A stretch of DNA of 64,000 bases from assembly GCA_011109175.1 (NCBI GenBank), contig RDEW01000061.1:62001-126000 (forward strand), in the 5' to 3' direction. How positions within the stretch are numbered: position 1 is the stretch's first letter; every line of letters begins with the position of its first letter. The notes under the pieces are model-generated. The model worked only from the letters and a program-made list of their open reading frames with translations, searched no databases and had not been told where the DNA came from. This stretch comes from Dicyema japonicum (lineage: Eukaryota > Animalia > Dicyemida). This document shows, one piece after another, positions 11,330 to 24,950 of this stretch. The position numbers and the translations under genes were made by a program.

Positions 11330-13900
11330 TGATCCTTGCACATTTCATTATATCGATACGGCGGCAGTAGACCATCTAAATAGTGTAATCCTCAGAACAG
11401 CAAAGCTGTTTGTTTCCCGAGCAGTGTATAAATGCTATAAATCTACGCTCAACTAATAACATGAAGTATTACAACTCTATAAGTCGCAAGGATTTTTCGA
11501 TGACTCACTCCAGTCGCCTACTTAATATGGTACCTAAAACAACCTCATGGATCAAACTCTATACGCATGACGAGGTTACACAAGCAATAAGATCAACGGG
11601 GAGCTCTTATACGTGTGATCCCGATGGTATTCCTGGAATTCTGCTAAAGTATCTTTGAGGTATTGCAATCAGATTGATTACTTTAATTTTTAATTTTCCT
11701 CAAACACTAACGCTATCCCTAGCAAATGGAATAACTCACATATCATACCCATCTTAAATCCTTGAAAACCGAAATCCTTACCTTTCCACCAGATATCCCT
11801 GACGCGTGTGATATTGATCATCATGGAAAAACTTGTGGTTTGGAAAATTAGACCTCATTTTTCATTTTGCCACTACCAACATGGATTCAGATCTGAGCGA
11901 TCTACTATACTACACATAACTTCCTTTGCATAATTTATCTCGGAAGACATCTACGGACAATATTAGTTTAGTTGGACATCAAAAAGGCATTTGATTAAGT
12001 CCAGAGAATCCTACTAACGTAAAAGGTCTTCAACACATCCATTCATCTTTTTTTAAACGATGGATAGCCAGTTTTCTTATCGGAAGAAGGGGACATGTGT
12101 ATATGCCATTCAAGATCGAGATCCCGTCTTTAACGGTGTACCTCAAAGATTGCGCCTTTCTCCAACGCTTTTTAACTTATTATTAAACTATATACCCAGC
12201 CATGGAGGCCCTAATTCAACGCTTCTAACATATGCTGAGGATTTAATTATTGCAAGCAGAAACAGATACGTGGATATGGCAAAATTAGAACTTCAGTCTA
12301 CCTAAACGACATTAGACTTGGCTGTCTTCGAACCGACTATCCGTGTCCACGGAAAAATCTTCATATACCATTTTACCACCGACTGGAGAAAATAAATATG
12401 ATAGAATTCGGCCTTTATGGGGATATTATTCGACAGGCAAAAACATCTAAGAATGCTGGAAGTGACCTTGACCCACTGCTCTTTTTCCAAAATGTGAAAA
12501 ACGTTCTGGCAAACGGCCTCCGAAAACTCGGCATCATTTCTAAACTCCAGGACCTAGCCGTCACAAGAATGCGCTGCCGTCTTATATAATAAGCACATTA
12601 ACGACGATGGTATATACATGTGCCTCCTGAGAGATGGAGTATTATTATTACAGCACTTATCGCCTTGCCATAATAGTTATAGCAAAGCATGTGCAATACA
12701 AGAAACAATGTTATTAGTTAGCCTCTTCCATCCTCCACGGTTACACGCAGTCGATCTCAGCATGTCCAGATCGTCTCCCGTCTTTAGGCATTTCTTCATT
12801 CTTTGGAGGTCTTTGTGCAGCATGATAGGTGGGTCATCCTTGGTCTGCCACGGAAGCATTTGCCCTCGAACATGAAATGGTCCTCCATCGCCACATTAGC
12901 CGGGGCAGCAAGATCCATGCGTAGTACGTGACCAAACAGTCTCCACCGGGCGTCAGTGATTTCCAGGCTTAGAGGCCTACTCTTGCATTTTTTGTAAATA
13001 CCGGTATTCGAGATTCTGGCTGGCCACTGCATGCCAAATAATACTCTAAGCTGTTTTCTGTGGAACCCATCGAGAGCCATTGATTCCGCACCTGTACAGG
13101 CCCAAGTACAGTATTGTATGTCAGTATCGGTTTCACAAATGCATTGTACATGCGTATCCGCAGATTGACATCTAGTCCTTTCAGCCATCCCTTTTTGAGT
13201 TTTCGCATTGCTACTCCTGCAAGTGTTTTCCTTTTGATGATGTCTTCTGTGTCCCCCAGTAGGGATCCAAGCTTATTAACATGTCGCCAACGTTCATTAA
13301 GGATGTTGTCCATTCTTTTGATTTCCGTGATTTCCGTTTTGGCCCGGTTAACGATGAGGAACCATTCCCCCAGTTTGTCCGGTGTATTTTCCAGCAGATG
13401 TGAAAGAGCTTCTGTATCCTCGGATATAAAATCCACATCATCCGCGTATACGACTTCGTTTATTTTTCCTTCATAGCAAGTTCTTAGATCCTTTAGTGCA
13501 GCATCGAGATATATCACAAATAGTAAGGGGGAGAGGGAGTCTCCCTGAGGAGTGCCGATTGTAGTTTTGAGTATAGAGTAAAAATAATCCAATTAACTAA
13601 TTTCTCTTCCCAACTATTCCCCTATTACTTGGCCACGCGGCAATCCGGAACAATGGGTCCGGTTTCATCACTCTCTGAGGTTCTTAATCCGATATCTTCT
13701 ATCAATCAGCACTAGAAGCCGCTAAAACACATAAATTAAGAAAAAAACTACGCCTCGCCAAAACTGATGAAAGAGGAGCGTCGTGGATTCAGAAAAGCTG
13801 TGGGTACTATGGAGGGGCACATCAAAAACCTCTCGAACCTGTTGAGGTTAGATGTTTTAATTTCTTATTTCTTGGTATTCCTTTTTTGGGGTTAGATAAT
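11330..13900 (+). mobile_element. APE-type LINE family X (RT plus C-terminus), split by an RTE insertion
   Basis: CDPDGIPGILLKYL, HGFRSERST, GVPQ...LSPTLFNL, TYAED before 12640; after 13600 KEERRGFRKAVGTMEGH matches TERRLFRKLVGTMEDH at 39.7 kb; (TAA)n tail 13897-13905. Confidence 0.7.
12640..13570 (-). mobile_element. RTE LINE, 5'-truncated, young copy
   Basis: GTPQGDSLSPLLF, VYADD, RWRLFGHVLRM; near-identical to 29760-30688 with two small frameshifts; (TAA)n tail at 12640-12650. Confidence 0.95.
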
Positions 13901-13904
13901 AATA

Positions 13905-15450
13905 ATTATTACCCTAGGATCACAGGGTTAATAGGAAAGTGAGAAAATTCCTTACAAAGTGACCCGACCGATACAGGGGAGGTCCTATCCGACGTGACAA
14001 GACTCCTGGATGGCTCTCCAGAAAGGAAACATGGTTATCTCGTATCAAGGACGGTTTTTAAGGTATTTGTTTGTGGCTTTATAGAGAGCCTGTTAGGTAA
14101 AGTGGCTGCCCTCACCATCTTCCGTTGTCGTCCTTCCAGAGGAACAGACAAAAAGTTTCGACTAAGTAATCTTTAGGCGACTTCCTGTATTGAGGACAGT
14201 TTCAAAAGAGAGGAGCGGAAAGTGGCGATCGATCACTATTTACTTCGTAGGTCAATACCGGTTGTACATATTGCCGATACACAGCGGAAATGGATCCAGC
14301 GTACCTTCCGAGAATTTTGAGATTATCTCCAGGATCCTAATTCTCATAAGTACCGCAGTAGCCCGATTCTCAACATGTTTTTTGAATGTGTCCTTGGTCA
14401 ATCGTCATTTCCAGAATGATTGGCGTGATCGTAAAAGAAATTTTCACATCGTTAATCGTGGTCTTAGGACTCCTTGTATAATGTTGTCTGCAAGATGTGA
14501 AGAGGGTAACAAATGATTTTGGAGATTACTTATCCACACCTTCTGCTCAGGAAGTTAGAGAATCATTTTTTCAGGTTAGGGTGAATATCCGTTTCAAACA
14601 TCTTTTTTGATGAGGACTTTCTTAAGACTGAATCACCTACATGCTTTGGTAATGTCCAAAGAAACAAGAACATTCCTTAAATGTAGCTTTGTCGCGTTGA
14701 ATTCTTCTGAAATAAATTGGGATATGGTCAAGTGAGTCGAAATTGTATGGTTTGTTCTGAACCTATGTTGAAAGGCAGGCACTCTGATACAATCGAGGAC
14801 CATCCTTTCTAGAATTCTTGAAACCGCGCATAGGATTGATATTGGTCTGTAAGATGATGGTTCCTCTACGGGTTGCCTGCCTTCCGAACTGGTATTATGC
14901 GCGACCTCTTCCAAACTTTCGGGAAAAAGTTCGTATTTATCAACTTATTGACTATTATAGCAAACATATCCTGCGCCAGTGAGCTCAGATGCCTAAACTA
15001 CATAGTGAAGATTGAATCCGTCTTCTGGCTCATGATTTCCGTGTCCTGGGTATTGTCCGGCGAATTTCCGATCCGGAGAATAATACCTAGTCTTTGGAGG
15101 TTTCTGGTTTAATCCTCTTCATGTAAACACAATGATTTCGGAGAAATCCTTTTGCAAGACTGAAGTATAATAGTTAATCAGAATGTGGAGATTAACATGG
15201 ATTTCTTCTTATTGTTGTACTTGGTTGCAAAGTACTTGTAATTCTAGTAAATGACATGGGAAGGAATTGCATAAAAGTATCACATAGGTTATCTAAAACA
15301 GTTATGGTAGAAGGAAGCTCCAGGCATATCTACAGTCCACTTTTTAAAGCAGATCCTAGAGAGCCTGACATAGGAGGCAAATCCCGGAGATGTCATATGA
15401 GCAGAGGGCTCAATCGGACAAGGTCCTCTCGGAGCTGTTGAAAATATTAA
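13905..15450 (-). mobile_element. Ingi/Vingi-like LINE, 5'-truncated, internally deleted
   Basis: SSYRPISILCAVSRILER, FQHRFR, VSLDITKA; 3' end ccctgtgatcctagggtaataa resembles 53873-53900. Confidence 0.7.
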
Positions 15451-15523
15451 ATGGTTTTGTTGGTTAAATAAATGATAAATAATTTAATTTTCATTAAAAT
15501 TGTATTTTAATGAAAAATTTATA

Positions 15524-16222
15524 ATGTATCGTCATATGTTTGTTGTGCTGTTTACGTGTATTTCCTCGTTGAGAATAGAATTTCATGATTCTCAGGCAAA
15601 ATGCTTTATTCATGATCTCCCTGAGAGAATGATGTCAGCTGGTTGTTGTTTGTTTTAATTTCGAGGAACTTACTCTGTTATATCTCTCAAACGTAACAAT
15701 GTAGAATATAGTGATAACGTTGGATTCCATGTAGATGTGAAAGATCCGATGGAGGAGACAGTGCTATCCCGTGTATGTATAGTTTAATATGTGATAGGAA
15801 TATGGGAATAATGGCAAATTCACGTTCAAAACTCATTTATCTGGCGATTACAGGATATGCCTTAGTTCTAATGTATCTGGAGTATTGGTATTGTTGCAAT
15901 CATATGATAGATTGTTGACCTAAAATTTACTCACGGTGAAGATGCTCAAGCATATTCTGGTGAGAATAAGCTAACTGCGATTGAAGTCCGTGCAAGGCGT
16001 GTTTTGGATAATATTTTGGAGATTGGTTTAGAACAAAACGAGCTAAGAGTATTTTACATTGCTAACTTGCAGATAAGGGAGTCTAGATATGTACATCTGG
16101 TTAGTCGTGTTCACACTCTGATCTTTACTCTTGCATTCTTCCTAAATCTCATACTTGTCCTCACGTTTATCATTCACACAATTCACCTCCGTAGATTTTT
16201 CGAGTCAAAGAAGATAATTTGA
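15524..16222 (+). CDS. p24/TMED cargo receptor, alpha (gp25L, TMED9/TMED4-like) subfamily
   Basis: KCFIHDLPE, FHVDVKDP..ETVLSR, GKFTFKTHLSGDYRICL and C-terminal HLRRFFESKKII*; several micro-introns. Confidence 0.9.
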
Positions 16223-16984
16223 TGGATTCTTTTATTTGATAATAATATTTAAAATCATTACTTGTTTAAAATATATTAGGAATATTTAGACTTTGATCGC
16301 TTTCATATCACTCTTGACGTTTATGTGATAAATATTGAAGACGACTTGGGCTTTAAAAGATCACTCGCTAACAATTAAAGAGCGTAGAAAACTTTGTCTT
16401 TATCCGCACGTGTGAGGTTATAAGCATTAGGTTAACGCTAAAATGCTTATTAAGTCCTAATCATGGAAATAAAAAGTTCTTTCTTCAAAATACAACTGTG
16501 CCAATCTGATGGACAGAGACGTCCGAGCAACAGTTAGGACGTTATTTTCATCGGAAACTGCCCTCCCGTTCGTCCTTGAAGTCATTCCTTCAGGAGGAAA
16601 AGCATCTCCGTCTAACCTTAGAAAATTTTTGATCCCATCGGACCTCCCCTTCCTCATACGATTTACTGAATCAGATGCGATGGCTCGAATCAAATTCTTC
16701 TTATCGATATTGGATGGTTTATGCCCTAACCATATCAAGAACCTCTATAAATTTTGATGCAGGAGCAGATGAGTTTTCTTTATTTTTTTATTATTATTAA
16801 TCATTCGAGTTTTTGAATGAAATATCAGCGTTTCATCCATTATTACTGCACTCAGCGGTCAATCAAGGAGGTTAAGTCTGCTGTTAGAAAATATCTTATA
16901 TTAAATTCCAAGAAGATATGATGTGCCTTTTTTAAACTTGATTTTTATTCTAAATAGAAATAAATAATTAATAATTAATTAACA

Positions 16985-18870
16985 CAGCCATCCATCCAAA
17001 GAGGACCCAGCCGACATTATCGACGTTGCGTTGCCTCTCACGATTGCAACAGAGATCAACTGGAGAAGTTACCTGGTATCACGTGCGTCGTGGTTTTTTA
17101 GTGTAGTTAGGTGTCCAAGTTTCTTTAGGAAGCGAAGCGATTTTCCACTTATTCCTCCAGTTGTCTCGACCACAATCGGATTGAACGCGAATCAGTAGCG
17201 TAGCGTAGCGCTTCGTATTTCTTTTCCTTTGCCCTCATCGTTTTTTCACGACATACAGTATGTCTACCGCGCTTCCGACAATGTTGGACAGGCAAAGTGG
17301 GTCGACACAAGTAGCGTCCCAGACCAAAGGTTACCCCTCTTCGAATGGGAAAATTGTGATCCGTCGGGACGTTTCCGTCTCCTCTGTCCAGGCCAACAGG
17401 TTCAAGTATGGCGGGGTATCCCGCAGACTCAAGGGCTCGCTTGACAATTCTGTTGATAGCCTTGTGTCTTGGGAATCGTCATGCACTTCTTTAACACAAG
17501 AGTGCATGGTGTCCATAACAATCGACGATGGCGCCACACAGGCATTTGTGAGTCCGGCAAATCTCCAGTCCAAATCTGGTGAGATGCCGATGCGGAGAGT
17601 ATCGTCTTCAAGGTGGGGAGTGCATTGATCCAAGCGCCACTCCATTCGCATTTTCCAGTGACTAGACAGGCACGTCTGTGTTGGTTTGATTGGTTCAGAA
17701 GCCTCTCATATTTATCCTGCAGATGGGTCTGTAACGGTCTTTCTGATCAGGCATCATCCCTTTCGAATGCTCCATATCTGTGATTTCAGATTATTCTGTT
17801 TGGCGTTGGAGAATCATCCTGATCAGCAGATGACGGGGCAAGCCAGATCTTTCGGTGAAGGAATTCCCAGTCCGCCCAGGCTAACGGGTTGGGTCGCTTG
17901 GTCCCACCCTTGGTCGTCAAATTTCACATTTGTAATACGTTCAATAGTGGTCCGGAAGAGGGAATCGATAGCATCGAGCTGTTGCATTTTCAGATAACAG
18001 GGTGCCCCACGAAAAACGTAGTTCAGTTTCTGTGCTGATGAAGCGTTTCTCAGCAGGAATAGGGAGGTATGTGCGTCCAGCATCTCCAAACGTCTGAATG
18101 TTGTTTTTGGTTGATGTTCTATTGTTCTTAGAGTGTTACTGATTCCAGCATCAGTAAGAGGGCATCCAAGTATTTCCAGTTGTTCTGATTTGGTTTCTGT
18201 GGCATTCGAATGATCTCTCTGAACATATCAAGGATCAAATCCCATTCAGGCTGCGAAAATTAAAATTGATAACTTCACACTTCGTGGTGTTTAAAGTTAG
18301 GCATAGGGATTCCATTTGGACTATCAGACTTTTCAAACAATATAGTACATCTTTCGGATGGCCACCCATGGTGCAATCATCCAGATACCATACTCTCAGA
18401 GGAGTGGAACAATATCCTGTGATACGGGCAACTCCCAGGCTGAACAAAGCAGGCCCGGTTGGTCTCCTTGTTGTACTCCAGAAGACGATGGGATGTAGTA
18501 TTGGCCGTGTACCAGACTATGAATATAGCTGTACACTGATGGGTAGTAATGTCAATTTTGACGATTACGTGAGGAATGCTCTCGTTCTTTTCGGTGAATG
18601 TTTGGACAGCATAAACTGCCGCTTCACAACCCCCGGGTGTGCTGACTCTTATTTGGGTCGGTTGTAGCTGTGTTATCAGCGCAGGCAGGATTGCTCTGCA
18701 TACAAGCTTTGAGGCCAACCGACGAAAAACCAAGCTGACAGCAATAGAGCGTATTCCCCTCCCCTCTTGTCGAATGCGATTAACTTGGCGGAAAACATTA
18801 CGTGTCGAATTGTTTCTGGTAGTGTCCCTGACAGCATCTTGTTTATTAGTTTGGTTACTTCCATTCCTTA
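16985..18870 (-). mobile_element. CRE-like REL LINE subfamily B, 5'-truncated
   Basis: VWYLDD, QATQPVSLGGLGIPS, LRIGISPDL, RDTPPYLNLLAW, PIVVETTGG, AIVRGNA. Confidence 0.9.
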
Positions 18871-19599
18871 AAAATATTTGAACTCTAAAAAATTTTTCAG
18901 CCGAAATGAATGATCCTACCATTTTTGAGACTATAGTCTGGAGAACTGGGATCCAGTTAGCTCATTTTACCCATACAGCGAGAATACAGGGAGTGCGTGG
19001 GATCTAAAAAAGATCGTCGTGCTAAAATGAGTTGATAACTGAGAGCGGTCGAGATCGTTTAATGACCGCATTTCCTCTTAATTTAATGGTGATTTCCTAA
19101 TTTTCTAATAATAACAACGTGATGGACGATATTACTTTTTTACTTCTTCGGAAGACAATAAACGATTAGAAATAAAAACGTTAATTAATATATTAGGAAT
19201 TATTCTTGGGATGGAATTGTCTCCAGATTCTTCAAAGGCCACCTGGATGCCCTCAAGGTGGAGGAGAGGGTCACGCTTATATACAGACGCTAGTGTTACG
19301 GAAGACTTTTGAGAGTATGCAAGCTTAGGAGAGGCTTGGAGGATCGATACCTGTTGATGAGGAAGACGGCAGGGAATGTCAACCTAGGGTAGTCTCTGAA
19401 TGTGGGGTATGTAGCGACGTGAACACGCCTATAAAGGCAATAGGGGTTGACCCCAAGAAGAGAAGATTGAGTTAGACGGACATGTAAAAGAATTACTTTT
19501 ACTTATTTTTTGATTAATAAAATGCTTAGGAATTATTCTTCTATACTTCGATCGACGTCATAACAATTTGTATTCTCTCAATTTATAATTATGGGTGGG

Positions 19600-20050
19600 T
19601 CTGTAACGAGTACCTGGAAGAAATCAGGCTTCACATCTTCGAGTCGTAGTTTTCATGAGTAGAGAATCGATCTATACATTTCAACTACCCACTAATTGGA
19701 GAGTTGACAGGTATAGTGAGTTGACTTGGTTAATCATTGAATTTGAAAACTAGAATCTCCACATGATAAAGGTATAATCCTGCCGATTAATTTTGGGATG
19801 GATTTGAACGAATGTACGTAAAACATTTAGTTTCTGAAGGCCCTTCGTGTGGACTTTCTTGGCATGGGTCGTTAAGTACGTCAGTCTGTCAAATTTTACC
19901 CCGTTAATTGTAAGAAAGTTAGTTGTGGATACTCTCGCGAGACCAATGAAAATCTTGGGTTCTTTACACCGCCGGTCCGAAGTGAATAGCATGCACGTTG
20001 GTTTTGTCGCCAATACTGAAAGGCGGTTAACAATACACTAAAGTTAGCTG
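19600..20050 (-). mobile_element. APE-LINE RT C-terminal fragment
   Basis: TKPTCMLFT...GVKFDRLTYLTTHAKKVHTKGLQKLNVLR resembles the LINE RT domain-7/thumb region. Confidence 0.55.
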
Positions 20051-20135
20051 CCAACTAGCAATACACTAAATTTAATTATTGTTATAGTTTGATAAATTAT
20101 AAACAAATTATTTAAAAATCTGGTTTGATATCTCG

Positions 20136-21014
20136 ATGTGCGAATGGAATTTTGTAGCTGGAATGGCTGGGGGAATAATATCTACTGGTCTTTTCCATCC
20201 ACTAGATTTTGCTAAACTACGCATGCAAAGTACTGATAGTTAATTATAAACAAGTCAATGAGCAAGGACGGATATTTTCTTCGCACAAAATAATTCTCAG
20301 ATCACTTTTGATGAAATCAATCAAAGAATGTGGATTGTCTTCAGTTTATTTGGGAGTAGGCTCTAATATTTTTGCATCAGGATTTTCATGGGGGTGTTAT
20401 ATGTTCTCGTACAATAAACTTAAGGAATTGACTGGTAATAATGGACTGACCAGCCATGTATTATGTGCTTCAGCCGCAGGTGATACAAATTTATTATCAT
20501 AGGAATACTTGTAGCATCTATATCCAATCCCTTGTGGTTGGTGAGGACCAGAATTATGTTAGGAATGGGGAACAGTGGAATATTTCGTTCGTTGAAGGGA
20601 ATTTACATTAACGAGGGAGTGATTGGACTATATAGAGGATTTCTTCCTGGACTGTTGGGAGTTTCCAATGGAGTAATACAAATGGTGACATATGATATGT
20701 TGAAAAATTACTTTGGAAAAACTAAACTTGTCAACCATTCTTATTATTATTAGAGCCCCGTTGAATGTTTGGGAATTGCTGCTTTTTCAAAAATTATATC
20801 CATAATGGTTACTTATCCACTACAAACTATTCGAACCAGACTCATGAACAATGCGACAAACTATCGTAATATGAGCCACGTTATCACTAATCTTATTCAA
20901 AATGAGGGCATTCTATCATTTTACAAAGGGATCACTCCTTGTATTTGTAGAGTGGCTCCATCAACTGCACTTACATTTCTTGTGTATGAAAGTATTATTA
21001 ATTTAACTAAGTAA
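20136..21014 (+). CDS. SLC25A32: Mitochondrial folate/FAD carrier
   Basis: Three carrier repeats: HPLDFAKLRMQ, NPLWLVRTR, TYPLQTIRTRL; SGFSWGCY and GVSNGVIQMVTYD; three introns of 23-25 nt. Confidence 0.9.
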
Positions 21015-21074
21015 ATATTTTTAATGATTTTTGAGGCATTATTATTTGTAGTCAATTATGGTTGCATTGGTTAC

Positions 21075-21960
21075 TAGGGCAATTTTTATAGCAGTTAAAA
21101 TTCAAAATATGGTACTAAAAATAGCATTATAGCATTTATATACCACAAATATAGCGTTTGAAAAAATATAGCACTTAAAAATTATCAATTTTTGAAAAAA
21201 GAAAACAAGTAAATATTTTTTAGTTAAGATTCCAGGTTCTTAAGACGTTCCTTCTGATCATCGCCATTTTGAGTATTCTCGGAACTAGCATCTCTTAAAA
21301 AACATTTGTCTGATACTGGAGATAAATGCATCCGTCTTCTTTCCCAATATTAAAACAAAAAATGTCAAATATTTTTTATATCTCATAATCATATAGTTTT
21401 CACATTATCGTCTTTGAAATTTCTGTTTTTTCTCATTAAAACTTAGAACTTTTTTATTTCCCTCTCAACACAACATGGTATCCGTTTAAATCGCAATAGT
21501 TAATTGATGTTATATTTTGAATTTCCTGTTCAATTATGTAATTTCATTATTTTTTTGGCTCTGCGTAAAATATTTATTTACTTCCGATAGATCCTCCACA
21601 AAATAAATATTAATCCTTTTATATGCTTTATTTATGTAAATTTTTTCTGCTTTTAATCTTTGAGCAACCGATCCAATCCAAAATTATCTAATTGTAAAAA
21701 TTGCATTATGGAAATATAAACAAAATCATTTTATGTAATACGAAAAATAAATATTCCTGAATATTTTAAGATTTAAAGTTTCGATTTTTAGTAAGAATTT
21801 TCGCCAAAAAAAGATATCGCCATTTCATCTGAGGCTGAAAGGCTTCCGCAACAATTTTGAAGGTATGAATAAATTTCTGGGGAAATATTTTATTTGGGAA
21901 ATCAAGAATACTTAGATCCCAGATTTCTGAAGCTTTTTTGATATATAATTTTTTATATTG
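21075..21960. mobile_element. DNA-transposon relic, family D (possibly hAT-like)
   Basis: Starts tagggcaatttttatagcag, identical to 57577; internal block aaatattttttagttaag shared with 58390; only a weak CVER motif on minus strand. Right end not found. Confidence 0.4.
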
Positions 21961-22199
21961 CACCGATCTTATGAAAATTCTATGCTGTTCAGATCTACAT
22001 AAGATTTTTCAATTGAATAATCGAGTAGTTAAGTATTTGAAATTATTTATAAAGTTTCAACCGTTGACTAAAATTGCAATTTAAAATGAAAAAAAATATA
22101 ACTAATTATTATTTACTACTTTATTATTTATCTAACTTTTGTTGAATTATATTTAATTGCAATTTATTTCATTTGGTTGCCTTATTTATTACCTTTAAT

Positions 22200-24950
22200 T
22201 TTTTTTAAACAATAACAATTTATTGAAGAATAAAACCAAATAGTTAAAGGCTACTGGCTGCTCTCAGGATTGAGAGCGCATTTCCCTTTACGATCTGTAA
22301 GGAGATGCTAACGACCTGCATCCTATGACTCCCGAAGTTTCGACTGCGACTGGTTCAAATGTGTACTGCTCGCCGAGGCATGTGTACTTCTTTGCTTTAA
22401 GTATTTCTGCTTTCTCTGCAGCTGAGCCTGGATTTGTCGCACTCATTGTAATATTGGAAGGGGAGAAGCTATCTACGCAGGTGGCATCCCAGGCCAGGTA
22501 CTTCCCAGCATCCCACGGGAACAGAGTCGGGCCTTCTGTTTGCCGTGGCAAGTCCTAGGGGCTCCATCTGGACAGGGAATCCGGCAGCTTCTAGTCCCCA
22601 TGCAATAACCTTGTTGATTGCACTATGTCTCAGGCTCCTTCCAGCGCTCCTTCGGCAGGAAAGTGCGTGGAGTCCTTTCGCGTCGACTATTCCTCCACAT
22701 CTAAAGCGATGGATTGCGCAAACATCGATTCCGAGGCGGACGCAAACCCCAATCCTCGTGGAGTCATCGTCCAGAAAAGTTCCGAGTGAAGTGCACTGGA
22801 ATGCTTTGAGCCATGCACCACTTACGTTTGTTAATGCGGTAGCCAGACAAGCCAGACGATGCTGGTCGAGTTGTGGTTTTAGCTCATCGATGGTCCTCGA
22901 ACATACAAGTTCGTTCCAGTCTCGTTGTTTGTTGAAGTTGAAGTTCTTCGGGAGTCCCAAATTAAGCCCAATCCAAACATCGTGAGCCATGCATGCCATT
23001 GGTTCAGTGTCCGATCCGTAAATGTAGCGTAAGATCTGGTGAACTAGACCACGGGAAGCATATGTCGAAGACAGAAAGGCTGGGAGGGCGAGTTCAAGTG
23101 GCGAGCGTATCCCAATTCCTCCATAACGAAGTGGTAACTTGCATTGGGTCCACCATGCTTTATCCAGAGAGATGTTAAGTGTTTCTTCAACAGAGGTCTT
23201 CAGCTTCTCATCGATAACTCTCAAGAAATCCATGTCTGTGAAACATGGGGATGTCCGTAGAAAAAAAAGGAGTCGTGGTGTAAGGTGAAAATTCTTGAGG
23301 ATGAAGAGAGAAATGTAGAAGTCCAAAGCCTTTAGATAATGCGTGAGCAGCTGTACAGATTTACTCTTCTCCTCCAGGACAGTTGACATGTCATACAGAG
23401 GAGATCCGAAGAAAATCGCCTTTTCTAGTCGGGTGACTTTGATGTCCTGGAGGAAAGTAGAAATGGTCGTTATTGCGCGTTCAAAGGTGTCCTCTCCACA
23501 GGTCACGTTAATAACTTCGCACTTCGATGGATTCGGCTCCAGTCCGAGTGCCGCGAGGGCAGGGATGACGCGTTTAACCTCTTCCACAACAATTTCCCAA
23601 CTCCCCCAATGGTCGCGTCATCAAGGTACCATAAGTTTAAGGGAGTTTTGATCGCTGATGATACACAGTCGATACCCAAAGCAAAGAGTAGAGGGACTAA
23701 GTGAGTCTTTGTTGGACTCCAGTCTTGGACTTGATGGCGTGTTGTCCGAAGATCAGCGTACACGAGGAACCATATGAGAGTCTGACCATCCTGCTGATCT
23801 CAGGAATCCTAGAGACACTATCTTCTATGATTCTATCCCTTCGGATGCTATTGAATGCATTACGTATGTCCAGTTTGACTATAATTGAATCCTGCGCGTC
23901 AGGAGGGCTGGCAACAAAATTCCGGATTGAATGTATTACTGCTTCACATCCATTAGGTACTCCAACTCCGAGTTGGACAGGACTAAGTTCGGCACTCAAA
24001 GTCTTGCTGGCTGCTCTGGCAGCGATCTTCGACGATAGGCGCCTAAGGACGTTACCAATGGCGATGGGTCTTATCCCGCCGCAAGGCTTCTTGAAGGCTA
24101 CCAACCTCGAAGCGAAGAGGAGTTCTCGAGCATGCTCCGAGATATCTGCCCGAAGAATTTGGTTAGTAAGAGCATTCAATGAGACGATGAGGGAGTCCCC
24201 TTTGTCGACGGTTGTTACAGAGGTGAGGTCTTTTATGTGGCTTGGGCGTAGGCCGTCCAGACCGGCGCCGCTGCTTCCAGGGAATGCACGAATATCCCAT
24301 TTAATATCACCAGGGGTGGCATTTAGTTGTGGGACATCCTTTTGAATTTTCGTGTCACGTAGATCAGCTGGTGCGGGCGGATGTTTCTGGACTAACTGGT
24401 CTAAGGTTTCTTTGCTTGGTGAAAAAACCTTGTCGCTGTTGGAGAGTGTACGTAGGGCTCCCCGAATGTCCCCGACCATGATCTTCTTGTTTATTTCTCT
24501 GCGAAGATCCCTTTTCTTGGTTCTGGATAAAGAGGGTGAGTCAACAGCAGTCGAAATGCTTTCCAGTGTATCCGCCAGGTTGATACTTTCGTATATAGAA
24601 ACGTTCCTTTTGATGATTGACTTGACATTCCGTTCCTTCAGTTCGGTCGGATGTGATCCGAGGACAAGAGGTGCAAAGCAGAGAAGGCGCATCCAAGCTT
24701 CTTGGGTGTTGTCACTGACTGCTTTGGTGATTAGTTTTGAGAGACACGTGGCAGCTGCTAGGCGCGATTAGTTTGAGAGCGCTTGGGTGTTGTCCCTCTC
24801 TGATACAAGCCGGTTCAGGCGGCGTAAACATTCGTCCGTGTTAGATAGGTCCAGGACTGAACCAGAAAGCGGTTCCTTTCGCCTTGTGGGGTTCCCAAGG
24901 CATGTGGGGCATGACCAATTTGGGAGACACTGAGCAGGGGCATGACCAAC
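22200..24950 (-). mobile_element. CRE-like REL LINE subfamily A, near full length, TSD-flanked
   Basis: 11-bp TSD ttacctttaat at 22189-22199 and 24951-24961; poly(A) tail; PHD end (WSCPTC), GAGLDGLRP, GGIRPIAIG, KLDIRNAFN, WYLDD, RPDS/WDATCVD REL motifs; frameshifted. Confidence 0.95.

Noticed and set aside
16340-16760. Mitochondrial insertion with TGA=Trp (one minus frame has several TGA)
   Set aside because: That frame also has TAA stops and resembles no mitochondrial protein.
22150-22200. Spliced-leader RNA gene as CRE target site
   Set aside because: Flanks of the TSD-bounded CRE copies are unrelated AT-rich DNA with no repeated mini-exon, donor or Sm-site pattern.
23701-24771. Long plus-strand ORFs from the ORF track (also 13114-13476, 29854-30216, 50874-51233, 9534-9962)
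   Set aside because: They are antisense shadows of RT coding sequence with no independent protein signal.
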